Assembly (NCBI GenBank): GCA_036505485.1
Contig: DASXTK010000310.1
Location: 4,999-68,998 of the forward strand
Source: Acidimicrobiales bacterium
GTDB taxonomy: Bacteria; Actinomycetota; Acidimicrobiia; Acidimicrobiales; VFJN01
Direction of reading: 5' to 3'
Length of the DNA stretch: 64,000 bases
Shown: positions 1 to 8,578 of the stretch, piece after piece
Numbering within the stretch: the first letter of the stretch is position 1
Layout: every line of letters begins with the position of its first letter
The notes under the pieces: generated by a model
Database searches by the model: none
Told to the model about the DNA's origin: nothing
Seen by the model: the letters and a program-made list of their open reading frames with translations, nothing else
Made by a program: the position numbers and the translations under genes

Positions 1-142
1 GGTCGGGGCCCCTTTGTGCCCGATAATGAGCGTCACGAACTTCTCCTTTCGATACACGAAAAAACCTCTTGCCAAACGGTCACCTCGCCGTTAGCCTGAC
101 CCCGTCGCAGCCACACGCACTTTCTTTCACAAAGCGGTGGCA

Positions 143-158
143 TGTGAAACTCGTCACA
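143..158 (+). promoter_or_regulatory. CRP/cAMP-receptor-protein type operator (TGTGA-N6-TCACA) upstream of the whiB1-like gene
   Basis: Read directly as tgtga-aactcg-tcaca. It is a perfect match to the CRP half-site consensus and lies 61 nt upstream of TTG219. Confidence 0.55.
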
Positions 159-218
159 ACCGGTGACCCGATCCGCCGTGGAGGTCCCGTGGCCCTGACG
201 CAGAGCCGCACGCTTTCT

Positions 219-488
219 TTGTCCATAGAACGAGACGATTGGCGCGAACACGCCGCCTGTCGTGATACCGACCCCGACCTGTTCTTCCCGGTCGGCACTA
301 CCGGTCCGGCGATCGAGCAGATCGACAACGCCAAGACCGTCTGCCGGGAGTGCGACGTCCAGAAGACCTGCCTCGAGTACGCGCTGGTGACCAACCAGGA
401 CAGCGGCATCTGGGGTGGCACGTCAGAAGAAGAGCGTCGAGCGCTTCGTCGCCAGCGGGCCGCCCGCCAGCGCCGCGCCACCGCCTGA
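219..488 (+). CDS. whiB1: WhiB1-like Fe-S transcription factor
   Basis: DWREHAACRDTDPDLFFPVG..KTVCRECDVQKTCLEYAL..DSGIWGGTSEEERRALRRQ carries the four Cys and the GxWGG turn. The start was chosen at TTG219 (MSIERDDW). GTG189 and the ORF-track start at 69 are alternatives. Confidence 0.85.
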   Translation: MSIERDDWREHAACRDTDPDLFFPVGTTGPAIEQIDNAKTVCRECDVQKTCLEYALVTNQDSGIWGGTSEEERRALRRQRAARQRRATA

Positions 489-518
489 TACTTGCAATCC
501 CAGCGATACCGGCAGCAT

Positions 519-2030
519 CTACGTTGCCGTTCCGATCGCCGAGGGACGTAGAGGTACCGTCAGGTCAACCTCCGTCCCCGGCCGGTCTCCCGCTCCTCCT
601 CCCCGGCTGATGGTGATGTCGCCACCCAACTCGGTGGCCACCAGGGTGCGGACGATAGACAGCCCCAGTCCCGTGCTGCTGTCGAGCTCGAAGTCCGGAG
701 GCAGGCCGGCGCCGTCGTCGACCACCCGCACGTTGAGGATGTGATCGTCCCGCACGATCTCGACGGTCACCTCGGCTCCCTCGGTGCTCAGATCGATGCC
801 CGGCGGAAAGGCGTGGTCCAGGGCGTTCTGCAGCAGCTCGTTGAGCACCACCGCCAGCGGCGTGGCCAGGGCGGCCGGCACGATCCCCCCATCGCCCTTC
901 ACCGTCACCTGGACCGGCCGATCGGGCATGGCCATGGCCTCCTCGACCATCGTCACCAGCGGACGGACGATCTCCACGAACGGCACGTCGTCGCCGGCCT
1001 CCCGGGAGAGGATCTCGTGGACCAGCGCGATCGATCGGATGCGCTGCACCGACTCCTCGATGGCAGCCTTGGCCTCCGGTGAGCCCAGACGCCGACCCTG
1101 CAGCCGGAGCAGCGACGAGATGGTCTGCAGGTTGTTCTTCACCCGGTGGTGGATCTCGCGGATCGTGGCGTCCTTGGACAACAGCAGCAGGTCGCGGCGG
1201 CGCAGCTCGGAGATGTCCCGCATCAGCACCACGCCGCCGGTCACCGTGTGGCTGTCGAGCAAGGGGATGCAGCGCATCAACACGGTGACATCGAGTCCTC
1301 GGGGGATCTCCTCGGTGACCGGTGCGCCCACGGCGAAGGCCGAGCGCACCACCGTGTCCTCCAGACCCATCTCCCCGAAGCGCAGGCCCTCGGCGTTGCC
1401 GTGGATCCCGAGGCGGTGGAGGGTGGAGACCGCGTTGGGCGAGGAGTACTCGACCCGGCCGCCGTCGTCGAGGACGATGACACCGTCGCCGACCCGCGGG
1501 GCCTCCTCGCTCTCGGGGTCCTCGACGTCGAAGGGGAAGTCGCCGGCCGCGATCATGCGGGCGAAGCGGTTGAACACGTCGACGTACATCCGCTCCAGCT
1601 CGCCGGGCTGGCGGCCGATGGAGGGAGCGGACTCCCGGGTGAGCACGGCGATGACCCGGCCCCGGTGGCGGACCGGGATGCACAGCATCCGCACCCGCTC
1701 CTTGAGCGGCGGGATGGTGAGCTCACCCTCGATGATCTCGCCCAGGCGGTAGGTCCGGGCCACCAGCGGGCGGTCGTTCTCGTCGAGCACCGTGCCGACC
1801 CAATCGGCCCGATAGACGGTCTGGGCCGTGGTCGGCCGGACCTGGCCGAGCACCACGAAGCGGTTGGAGCCGTCGTCGCGGGGCTGACCCACCACCGCGA
1901 ACATGAGCAGGTCAGCGAAGCAGAAGTCGGCCAGCAACCCCCAGCCCGCGGCCAATCGGTGCAGACGCGCCACCGAGGGTGGATCGAGCCGAGTGAAGAA
2001 TCGGGCCAACTCGGCCAGGCTCGCCATCAT
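519..2030 (-). CDS. pdtaS: PdtaS-like GAF/PAS sensor histidine kinase
   Basis: H-box HHRVKNNLQTISSLLRLQ and ATPase motifs LNELLQNALDHAF and GLGLSIVRTLV. The start was trimmed to ATGATG at 2030, because the 623-aa ORF otherwise overlaps the upstream ATPase gene. Confidence 0.8.
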   Translation of the reverse strand: MMASLAELARFFTRLDPPSVARLHRLAAGWGLLADFCFADLLMFAVVGQPRDDGSNRFVVLGQVRPTTAQTVYRADWVGTVLDENDRPLVARTYRLGEIIEGELTIPPLKERVRMLCIPVRHRGRVIAVLTRESAPSIGRQPGELERMYVDVFNRFARMIAAGDFPFDVEDPESEEAPRVGDGVIVLDDGGRVEYSSPNAVSTLHRLGIHGNAEGLRFGEMGLEDTVVRSAFAVGAPVTEEIPRGLDVTVLMRCIPLLDSHTVTGGVVLMRDISELRRRDLLLLSKDATIREIHHRVKNNLQTISSLLRLQGRRLGSPEAKAAIEESVQRIRSIALVHEILSREAGDDVPFVEIVRPLVTMVEEAMAMPDRPVQVTVKGDGGIVPAALATPLAVVLNELLQNALDHAFPPGIDLSTEGAEVTVEIVRDDHILNVRVVDDGAGLPPDFELDSSTGLGLSIVRTLVATELGGDITISRGGGAGDRPGTEVDLTVPLRPSAIGTAT

Positions 2031-2064
2031 CCCTACAGTCTGGCCACTGTTGGGACCCCTCACG

Positions 2065-3258
2065 TCACGGATCGCGCCAGAGGTGCTTTCCAAGTTCGAG
2101 AAGACCGCGCAGATCGGTGATGTCGTGGTCCGCGTAGGGCACCGAGGCGACGGCTTCGGCCCGGCCCGCCAGCTCGCTGCGCACCTCGGCCTCGCGCCGG
2201 GCCACGAGCTGGAAGTTGAGGAAGCTCTCGCCCACTTCGTGCAAGACCCGGGCCACCTGGGCCGGCGGGCCCACCGCGGCCGGCACCTCGGCCGCGACCT
2301 CTTCGAAGTGGGCCACCATGCGGGTGGCGGCGTGGGCCGCGCCCGGGGCGCAGAACCACTCGGGGAGGACCTTGTTGGCCACCAGGCCACCCAGGTGGAA
2401 CTTCCGGCGGCTGAGCGCGTCGATGAAGAACTCGGCCTCGCGCACCGGCGCCGGCTCCAGGGTGGAGACCACGACGAAGGTGGTGCGCTTGTCGGACAGG
2501 GTGCGGGTGACGGCCTGCGAGCGCTCCACGAAGCCCCGGTACATGGTCTGGAACAGGAGAAAGAACTCGGCGATGTCCTCCAGGAACTGGGACCCCAGGA
2601 TCCGGTCGGCCACTGTGTAGAACGGACGCGACGCCATCGTCACCAGCCGGCTGCGGGCCGGCACGGTGAGCCAGCGGAGCAGGCGGCTGGAGAAGAAGTC
2701 GGCCATGCGCTCGGGGGCTTCGAGGAAGTCGATGGCGTTGCGGGTCGGCGGGGTGTCCACCACGATCAGGTCGTAGCGGCCGGAGCGGTGGATCTCGTAG
2801 AGCCGCTCCATGGCGATGTAGTCGTGGCTCTGGACGAAGCGCCCGGTGATGTTGTCGTACAGCGGGTTGGCCAGGATGGCGTCTCGGGTCGCGGCGTCGG
2901 GCGCGTGAGCCCGGACCAAGTCGTCCCAGGACTGCTTGGTGTCGAGCATCGCCGCCCACAGCTCGCCCCGGGGTTCCACGTCCGCGTCGGCGAAGAGCTC
3001 CGGCGGGACCTGGGTCTCGACGTTCCCGAACTCCTCGAGGCCGAGGGCGTTGGCCAGGCGGCGAGCCGGGTCAACGGTGATGACCAGGACCTTTCCCCCC
3101 AGGTGGGCCGCGGCCATGGTGGCCAGGGACGCGGCCACGGTGGTCTTGCCGACCCCGCCGGAGCCGCAGCAGATCACGATCTCCTTGGTCGCGAGCAGCC
3201 GGTCGAACGAGGAGGTCGACTCCGTAGCAGCGACGGTAGGTGTCCGGGCGGCGGCCAT
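2065..3258 (-). CDS. ArsA/Get3-like P-loop ATPase (second of a pair)
   Basis: P-loop CCGSGGVGKTTVAASLA. ATGA overlap with the upstream paralog at 3258. Confidence 0.85.
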   Translation of the reverse strand: MAAARTPTVAATESTSSFDRLLATKEIVICCGSGGVGKTTVAASLATMAAAHLGGKVLVITVDPARRLANALGLEEFGNVETQVPPELFADADVEPRGELWAAMLDTKQSWDDLVRAHAPDAATRDAILANPLYDNITGRFVQSHDYIAMERLYEIHRSGRYDLIVVDTPPTRNAIDFLEAPERMADFFSSRLLRWLTVPARSRLVTMASRPFYTVADRILGSQFLEDIAEFFLLFQTMYRGFVERSQAVTRTLSDKRTTFVVVSTLEPAPVREAEFFIDALSRRKFHLGGLVANKVLPEWFCAPGAAHAATRMVAHFEEVAAEVPAAVGPPAQVARVLHEVGESFLNFQLVARREAEVRSELAGRAEAVASVPYADHDITDLRGLLELGKHLWRDP

Positions 3259-4202
3259 CAGAACAGCTCCGCTTCGAGCGCGGCCGCGATCTGGCCGGTG
3301 GCCCGGACCCCATAGGTCCGCTGGAACAGCTCCGGCACGTAGAGCATCTCCACGCCGGCCACGCCTTCACGCAGCTCGTTGAGATGGTCGGCCCGGGTGC
3401 GGCGCAGACGCACAGCCAGGTCGGCGCCGTCCAGCACCGGTTCCACTGGACCCTCGGCGGCCTGGCTCAGCGCCGCGGTCACCTCGGGATCCCGGAGGCG
3501 GCGGAACACCTCCTCCTCGTTGCGGCTGAACAGCTCAGGGAGGACCCGGTTCACCACCACCGCGGCCAGATCGACCACGGTCTCCTTGCGCAGCCGTTCG
3601 GCCAGCTGCAGGGTCTCGTTGACCGGCATCTCCTCGGGTGTGGCCACGATCACCACGCCGGTCTGGGCCGGATCGCCCAGGATCTCCAGCATCCAACCGG
3701 TCTGGTCGCGCACCGGACCCACCTTCACCAGCTCGGTGATGGCCTGGGGTGCGGCCAGCTGGCCCACGACGTGTCCGGACGCCGGGGCATCCACCACGAC
3801 GAGGTCGAAGGCCCCGGTGCGGACCTCCCAGCACAGCTTGCCCACCACCAGGATCTCCTTGACCCCGGGGGCGGCGTTGGCCACGAAGTCGAAGGTGCGG
3901 GCCAGCGGACCGATGCGGGACAGCAGCGGCAGCCGCAGCTGGAGCCGCATGTACTCCCGCAACGACGCCTCGGTGTCCATGGACATGGCCCACAGCCCCG
4001 GGCTGACCTCCCGCTCCTCGAAGCTGGTCGGGCCGGTCTCGAACAGATGGGCCAGGGCACCCTTGGCGTCGGCCTCGCACAGCAACACCCGCTTGCCCTG
4101 CTGGGAGGCCAGCAAGGCCAGGGCCGAGGCGATGCTGGTCTTGCCCACCCCACCCTTGCCGGTCACGAAGAGCAGGCGGTGTTCGAGCAGTTCCGTCGCC
4201 AT
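3258..4202 (-). CDS. ArsA/Get3-like P-loop ATPase (first of a pair)
   Basis: P-loop VTGKGGVGKTSIASALA. DAPASGH-type switch region. Confidence 0.85.
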   Translation of the reverse strand: MATELLEHRLLFVTGKGGVGKTSIASALALLASQQGKRVLLCEADAKGALAHLFETGPTSFEEREVSPGLWAMSMDTEASLREYMRLQLRLPLLSRIGPLARTFDFVANAAPGVKEILVVGKLCWEVRTGAFDLVVVDAPASGHVVGQLAAPQAITELVKVGPVRDQTGWMLEILGDPAQTGVVIVATPEEMPVNETLQLAERLRKETVVDLAAVVVNRVLPELFSRNEEEVFRRLRDPEVTAALSQAAEGPVEPVLDGADLAVRLRRTRADHLNELREGVAGVEMLYVPELFQRTYGVRATGQIAAALEAELF

Positions 4203-4248
4203 GAGGCGCTCGCCCTGTTGCTGCCGCCCGCTGCCCGCGCCGGAGTGG

Positions 4249-4479
4249 CTAGCCGCCGAAGCCGATGCGGCGACCGGCTTCCGGCGTGCCGAGCTCCACG
4301 TAGGCCACCTTGTCAGCGGGGACGCCGATCTGCCGGCCCCGCTTGTCGGTCAGCCACAACGTGCCGCCGGCGGAGATGGCCGCCTCGACATGCTCCCGAA
4401 CGGCGTCCGGGTTGGTGTCGTCGGCCAGCAGGACCTCGAGCTCTTTCGGCGACTGGGTCACCCCGATGCGGACGTCCAC
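4249..4479 (-). CDS. DUF3107-family small conserved actinobacterial protein
   Basis: 76 aa, MDVRIGVTQSPKELEV...LWLTDKRGRQIGVPADKVAYVELG. This is the typical DUF3107 pattern, from recall. Confidence 0.7.
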   Translation of the reverse strand: MDVRIGVTQSPKELEVLLADDTNPDAVREHVEAAISAGGTLWLTDKRGRQIGVPADKVAYVELGTPEAGRRIGFGG

Positions 4480-4517
4480 GTGTTCCTCCTCGTAGAAAGC
4501 CCGGCCATCGTAGGGGG

Positions 4518-5213
4518 TCAGTTCCGCTCCTCGGTCATCTCGTTGGCCCAGACGGGGTGGTGGCGGCGGGCCCAGCGGGTGGGCATGCGGCCGGTGAACA
4601 TCGAGCGCAGGGCCGGAGGCTTGGAGATGGCCACCACGATGTGCCCGGCCACCACGAACCAGGTGGCGATGGCGATCCAGTCGTGGACGAAGGTGGCGCC
4701 GGTGCGGGTGGACACGCTGAAGTGCTCGAACCAGCGCATGATCCCGCCGGTGGCCATCATGACCGGGATCATCCCGGCGATGAACGCGGCGTTGGCCTTC
4801 TGCCCGGCGTTGAACTTGCCCACCTCGTTGCCGCCCTGGCGACCCCGGGACAACAGCCAGCGCCGGTCGGCCGGCGACCAGCGGTTCATGCGACGGATGT
4901 CAGCTCGGAGGGCGTCGCGCCCGCGTCCGACGTACGCCAGCACCAGAGGGACCGGCATGGCCAGGCCGCTGATGACGTGGACGTTCTTGAGGATGTCGCG
5001 CCGGCCCACTAGAGCCGAGAGCTGTCCGACGTAGAGGATCAGCCCGGTGATGGCCACGGTGAGGACCAGCGTGGCGGTGGTCCAGTGCAGGGCTCGCTCG
5101 GTCCCGGTGAAGCGGCGGAGGTCCTCCGTCTCCACGCTCGCGGCCGGAACCGCGAGCTCGGACTCAAGTGGGGTCATCGCCCTGCCGGCCGTTGGATCCG
5201 CCGACGAAGGCAT
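4518..5213 (-). CDS. b-type cytochrome membrane subunit (cytochrome b561 / MsrQ-like partner of the Mo enzyme)
   Basis: Multiple TM helices with conserved His (RALHWTT..., FVHDWIAIATW). Sits directly downstream of the molybdopterin oxidoreductase. An alternative ATG is at 5177. Confidence 0.6.
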   Translation of the reverse strand: MPSSADPTAGRAMTPLESELAVPAASVETEDLRRFTGTERALHWTTATLVLTVAITGLILYVGQLSALVGRRDILKNVHVISGLAMPVPLVLAYVGRGRDALRADIRRMNRWSPADRRWLLSRGRQGGNEVGKFNAGQKANAAFIAGMIPVMMATGGIMRWFEHFSVSTRTGATFVHDWIAIATWFVVAGHIVVAISKPPALRSMFTGRMPTRWARRHHPVWANEMTEERN

Positions 5214-5871
5214 CGACGTCGTAGCCGCGTTCCTCCCAGTAGCCCGGGATCTCCTGGTCGACGACCTCGATCCGCTCCAGCCACTTCAGCGACTTGTAGC
5301 CGTACATCGGGGCCACGTAGAGCCGCACCGGCCCACCGTGCTCGGCCGAGACCGGACCGTCGAGCATCTCGTGGGCCGCCATCACATCGTCCCGGCGGGC
5401 CTGCTCGAGGCTGAGGCTCTCGGTGTAGCTGCCGTCGAACGAGTACAACCGCAGGTGGGTGGCCCGGTCGGAGACCACGGCCTCGTCGAGCAGGTCACGC
5501 AGCAGGACTCCCCGCCAGTGCACCTCGGGCACCCGCCAGCCGGTCACGCACTGGAAGTCCCGGATCAGCTCGGTCTGGGGCCGCTGCTTCAGGTCGGCCA
5601 GGCTGAGCTCGAGCGGCTGGTCGACCAGTCCGTCGACGGTGAGGCGGTACTCGTCGTCGCTGCGCTCGGGCATGGGAAAGACGACGGTGTAGATGCGGAA
5701 CCGGCCGGCCGTCGGCACGAACGAGCTGAGGCCGGTCGGATCGTTCTGGGTAACTGGGCGGAGGAAGCGCTCCAACCCATCCTGGATGCGCGCGCCGGTC
5801 ACGATCCCGACCGCGCCGAACCCCAGCATGCCCAACACGATGCGACGACCGACCGGAGACTGGTCCTTCAC
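5164..5871 (-). CDS. Molybdopterin-dependent oxidoreductase (sulfite-oxidase/MsrP-like fold)
   Basis: FQCVTGWRVPEVHWRGVLLRDLL and LYVAPMYGYKSLKWL. The start was moved to GTG5871 (VKDQSPVGRRIVLG, Tat-like RR), because the ORF-track N-terminus runs through palindrome A1. Confidence 0.75.
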   Translation of the reverse strand: MKDQSPVGRRIVLGMLGFGAVGIVTGARIQDGLERFLRPVTQNDPTGLSSFVPTAGRFRIYTVVFPMPERSDDEYRLTVDGLVDQPLELSLADLKQRPQTELIRDFQCVTGWRVPEVHWRGVLLRDLLDEAVVSDRATHLRLYSFDGSYTESLSLEQARRDDVMAAHEMLDGPVSAEHGGPVRLYVAPMYGYKSLKWLERIEVVDQEIPGYWEERGYDVDAFVGGSNGRQGDDPT

Positions 5872-5883
5872 TGGGTCGAGGGT

Positions 5884-5936
5884 ACGAAATTGAGGTGTTT
5901 GACGCGCTATAAGCGCGTCAAACACCTCAATTTCGT
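5884..5936. repeat. Family A palindromic intergenic repeat, copy A1 (perfect 25-bp stem, 3-nt loop)
   Basis: acgaaattgaggtgtttgacgcgct-ata-agcgcgtcaaacacctcaatttcgt, read directly. The right arm contains the TGA stop of the ArsR gene. Confidence 0.9.
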
Positions 5937-6253
5937 AATGAGTCGCGCAGGCGGGCCAGGCGGTCGTCCCAGCGGCGGCCGGTGGCGGTGGCCCAGGCGG
6001 CCAGGTCGTCGAGTGGTTGGGATTGGGCCACGAACCGGGTCTCGCGCCCGGTCCGATCGGCCTTCACCAGCCCGGCCTCGCGCAGGACGATCAGATGGCG
6101 GGCGATGGCCTGCCGGCTGATCGGCACCTCCGAGGTGAGCGCGGTCGCCGTCGTCGGGCCGTACTCCGACACCGCCTGGAGGATGTTGCGGCGGGTCGGG
6201 TCGGCCAGCGCCGCGAACACCTCATCGCCAGGATCCGCGATGGGCAAGCTCAC
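5927..6253 (-). CDS. ArsR/SmtB-family transcriptional regulator
   Basis: FAALADPTRRNILQAV...ISRQAIARHLIVLREAGLV winged helix. GTG6253 start in a GTGA overlap with the upstream SRPBCC gene. Confidence 0.8.
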   Translation of the reverse strand: MSLPIADPGDEVFAALADPTRRNILQAVSEYGPTTATALTSEVPISRQAIARHLIVLREAGLVKADRTGRETRFVAQSQPLDDLAAWATATGRRWDDRLARLRDSLRN

Positions 6254-6642
6254 CCCACGCAGAGACCTGCGGTCAGCAACAGCAGCTCCAACCCGAGCAG
6301 GCGGCGGTCCCAGGTACGAGAGGCGCTCGCACTGACGCTGGCGCGGGCGGTGAAGCTTGGGGTCAGACGGCGCTCGGTCACGGCCACCCGGGTACCACCG
6401 GTGTCCAGCTCGGTGAGCACCACCTCGACCCGCGACGCGCCGGCGGGATCGTCGTTGTGCCACCAGGTCCAGGTCAGGGTGCTGCCGGTGTCGGCATGGT
6501 CGATCCGCAGCTCGCGGTCACGGGAATCGTCGTCGTCCAGCCAGGCGTCCCGCCGATCGGGGTCGACCAGCACCTCCCAGACCGCATCGGGGGCGGCGTC
6601 GACATCGACCGAGCGGGTGACTTCGCGCGTCTCCTCAGGCAT
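6250..6642 (-). CDS. SRPBCC/AHSA1-like domain protein
   Basis: VTRSVDVDAAPDAVWEVLVDPDRRDAWL is a typical SRPBCC N-terminus. Pairing with an ArsR regulator is common. Confidence 0.65.
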   Translation of the reverse strand: MPEETREVTRSVDVDAAPDAVWEVLVDPDRRDAWLDDDDSRDRELRIDHADTGSTLTWTWWHNDDPAGASRVEVVLTELDTGGTRVAVTERRLTPSFTARASVSASASRTWDRRLLGLELLLLTAGLCVG

Positions 6643-6646
6643 ACCT

Positions 6647-6710
6647 GCAACTCTACAGTTGCGCTTTCCGGTTTGTCGCCCTACGTTGATGCGCAACTAA
6701 CCAGTTGCGC
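6647..6710. promoter_or_regulatory. Two GCAACT-N4-AGTTGC palindromes in the arsR-SRPBCC / clpP divergent region (candidate operators)
   Basis: gcaact-ctac-agttgc at 6647-6662 and gcgcaact-aacc-agttgcgc at 6691-6710, read directly. Confidence 0.5.
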
Positions 6711-6727
6711 GAGGAAGGCGAGGCACC

Positions 6728-7366
6728 ATGTTGATCCCCACCGTCATCGAGAGCACCAGCCGAGGCGAACGGCACTCGGACATCTACTCCCGCCTGCTGC
6801 GGGAGCGGATCGTGTTCCTCGGCAGCCCGATCGACGACGACGTGGCCAACCTGCTGATCGCCCAGCTGCTCCACCTCGAGGGCGAGGACATGGAGCGCCC
6901 GATCAACCTCTACATCAACTCCCCCGGCGGCGACATGCTCGGGTTGTTCGCCATCTACGACGCCATCCAGTTCCTGGGACCACCGGTGCACACGGTCTGC
7001 GTGGGACAGGCCGCCTCGGCCGCCGCCGTCCTGCTGGCCGCGGGTGAGCCGGGGAACCGCTATGCCCTGCCCAACGCCCGGGTGCTGCTGCACCAACCGC
7101 ACGGGGCGGCCCAGGGTCAGTCGAGCGACCTGGAGATCGCGGTGAAGGAGATGGTCGTCATGCGGGAGCGGATGATCGACATCCTCACCGAGCGCTCAGG
7201 GCAGACCCGGGACCGGATCAAGACCGACATCGACCGGGACTTCATCCTGCGGGGCGAGGACGCCGTGGCCTACGGCGTGGTGGACGAGATCCTCACCCAT
7301 CGGGCTCCCCGGGTCTACACCGGCTTCCGACCCACCGGCCAGGAGTCCACCGCCGCGGTCAGTTGA
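6728..7366 (+). CDS. clpP: ATP-dependent Clp protease proteolytic subunit
   Basis: ERIVFLGSPIDDDVANLLIAQLL, GQAASAAAVLLAAG (Ser), LLHQPHG (His), DIDRDFIL (Asp). GAGGAAGG Shine-Dalgarno sequence upstream. Confidence 0.9.
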   Translation: MLIPTVIESTSRGERHSDIYSRLLRERIVFLGSPIDDDVANLLIAQLLHLEGEDMERPINLYINSPGGDMLGLFAIYDAIQFLGPPVHTVCVGQAASAAAVLLAAGEPGNRYALPNARVLLHQPHGAAQGQSSDLEIAVKEMVVMRERMIDILTERSGQTRDRIKTDIDRDFILRGEDAVAYGVVDEILTHRAPRVYTGFRPTGQESTAAVS

Positions 7367-8501
7367 TGCGCAACGCGGGGCTGTAGATGCGGGTGGGGGC
7401 CAGGTCGACGTCGATCGCCTGGGCGATCTGGTTGAAGATCTGGGCCACCTCGCCGTCGGGCTCGACCGCCACGAGAGGTGCGCCGCGGTCGGCCCCCTCC
7501 CGCAGCTCCGACACCAGCGGTACCTGACCGATCAGGGGCACGTCGAGGCGCTTGGCCAGCTCCTCGCCGCCGCCCTCGCCGAAGATGCGGTAGCGCTTGC
7601 CGTCGTCTCCGGTGAACCACGACATGTTCTCGATGACCCCTTTGACCTCGAGGTTCACCTTCTGGGCCATGAACGCGGCCCGCTGGGCCACCCGTTGGGC
7701 CGCGGGCTGCGGGGTGGTGACCACATAGACCTCGGCCCGGGGCAGGAACTGGGCCAGGCTGATCGAGATGTCACCGGTGCCCGGCGGGAGATCGACCACC
7801 AGGAAGTCGGGGTCGTCCCAGAAGACGTCGGTCAGGAATTGCTCCAACGCCTTGTGGAGCATGGGTCCCCGCCAGATCACCGGCTGGTCCTCGGCCGCGA
7901 AGAACCCCATGGAGATGCAGCGCACCCCATAGGACTCGGGCGGGACCAGCATCGAGTCGATCACCACCGGGGGATGCTCGACCCCCAGCATCCGGGGGAT
8001 GGAGAAGCCCCACACGTCGGCGTCGACCACGGCCACGTCCTTGCCCCGGCCGGCGAGAGATACCGCCAGGTTGGTGGTCACCGACGACTTGCCGACGCCG
8101 CCCTTCCCCGAGGCCACCAACAGGACCCGGGTCTTGCTGGCCGGGTCGGCGAAGGGGATGGCCCGGCCCTCGGCGTGGCCGTGCGCTGGTTGGCTTCCGG
8201 CCGTGGCGGCCGGATCGCCGTGGAGCTTGGTGCGCAAGGTGGCCCGCTCCTCATCGGTCATCACCGTGAAGTCGAGGTCCACGGTGTCGACGCCCTCCAG
8301 CCCCGTGACCGCGTCCTCGACCCGGCGGGTGATCTCGTTGCGGAGGGGACAGCCGGCCACGGTCAGGGCCACCAACACACCCACCTGGGCGCCGACGATG
8401 GTCACTTCCCGGACCATGTCGAGCTCCACGATGCTGCGATGGAGCTCCGGGTCCTCGACCGGACGGAGCGCATCGACAACCTGGGCTTCAGTGACCGACA
8501 T
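7359..8501 (-). CDS. apbC: Mrp/ApbC-type Fe-S cluster carrier ATPase
   Basis: N-terminal DUF59-like VEDPELHRSIVELDMV. P-loop ASGKGGVGKSSVTTNLA. Confidence 0.9.
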   Translation of the reverse strand: MSVTEAQVVDALRPVEDPELHRSIVELDMVREVTIVGAQVGVLVALTVAGCPLRNEITRRVEDAVTGLEGVDTVDLDFTVMTDEERATLRTKLHGDPAATAGSQPAHGHAEGRAIPFADPASKTRVLLVASGKGGVGKSSVTTNLAVSLAGRGKDVAVVDADVWGFSIPRMLGVEHPPVVIDSMLVPPESYGVRCISMGFFAAEDQPVIWRGPMLHKALEQFLTDVFWDDPDFLVVDLPPGTGDISISLAQFLPRAEVYVVTTPQPAAQRVAQRAAFMAQKVNLEVKGVIENMSWFTGDDGKRYRIFGEGGGEELAKRLDVPLIGQVPLVSELREGADRGAPLVAVEPDGEVAQIFNQIAQAIDVDLAPTRIYSPALRIN

Positions 8502-8578
8502 CTTGAGGTGTACTCCCAGTCGGGGCGACGACGACGTCGCAAGGGATTAGCACTACGACCATAGGTAGAATACCGGTC

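Noticed and set aside
125-149. TTTCACA-N11-TGTGAAA inverted repeat as a second CRP site upstream of whiB1.
   Set aside because: The spacing does not fit TGTGA-N6-TCACA. The right half simply overlaps the genuine site at 143-158.
2031-2390. N-terminal 120-aa extension of the PdtaS-like ORF.
   Set aside because: It is a low-complexity Arg/Pro/Trp-rich translation that overlaps the 3' end of the ArsA-like gene. ATGATG at 2030 gives a protein of the expected length.
3240-5034. Long plus-strand ORFs (590 and 551 aa) across the ArsA/DUF3107/cytochrome b region. Similar long antisense ORFs occur at 38605-40971, 34831-35865, 61301-63079, 57668-59359 and 9082-10332.
   Set aside because: Their translations are Arg/Pro/Gly/Ala-rich and motif-free, and they lie antisense to genes with clear family motifs. 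This is the typical high-GC shadow-ORF artefact.
6728-7366. Whether the lone ClpP is a catalytically dead paralog.
   Set aside because: Ser (GQAAS), His (HQPHG) and Asp (DIDRD) are all present at the expected blocks.
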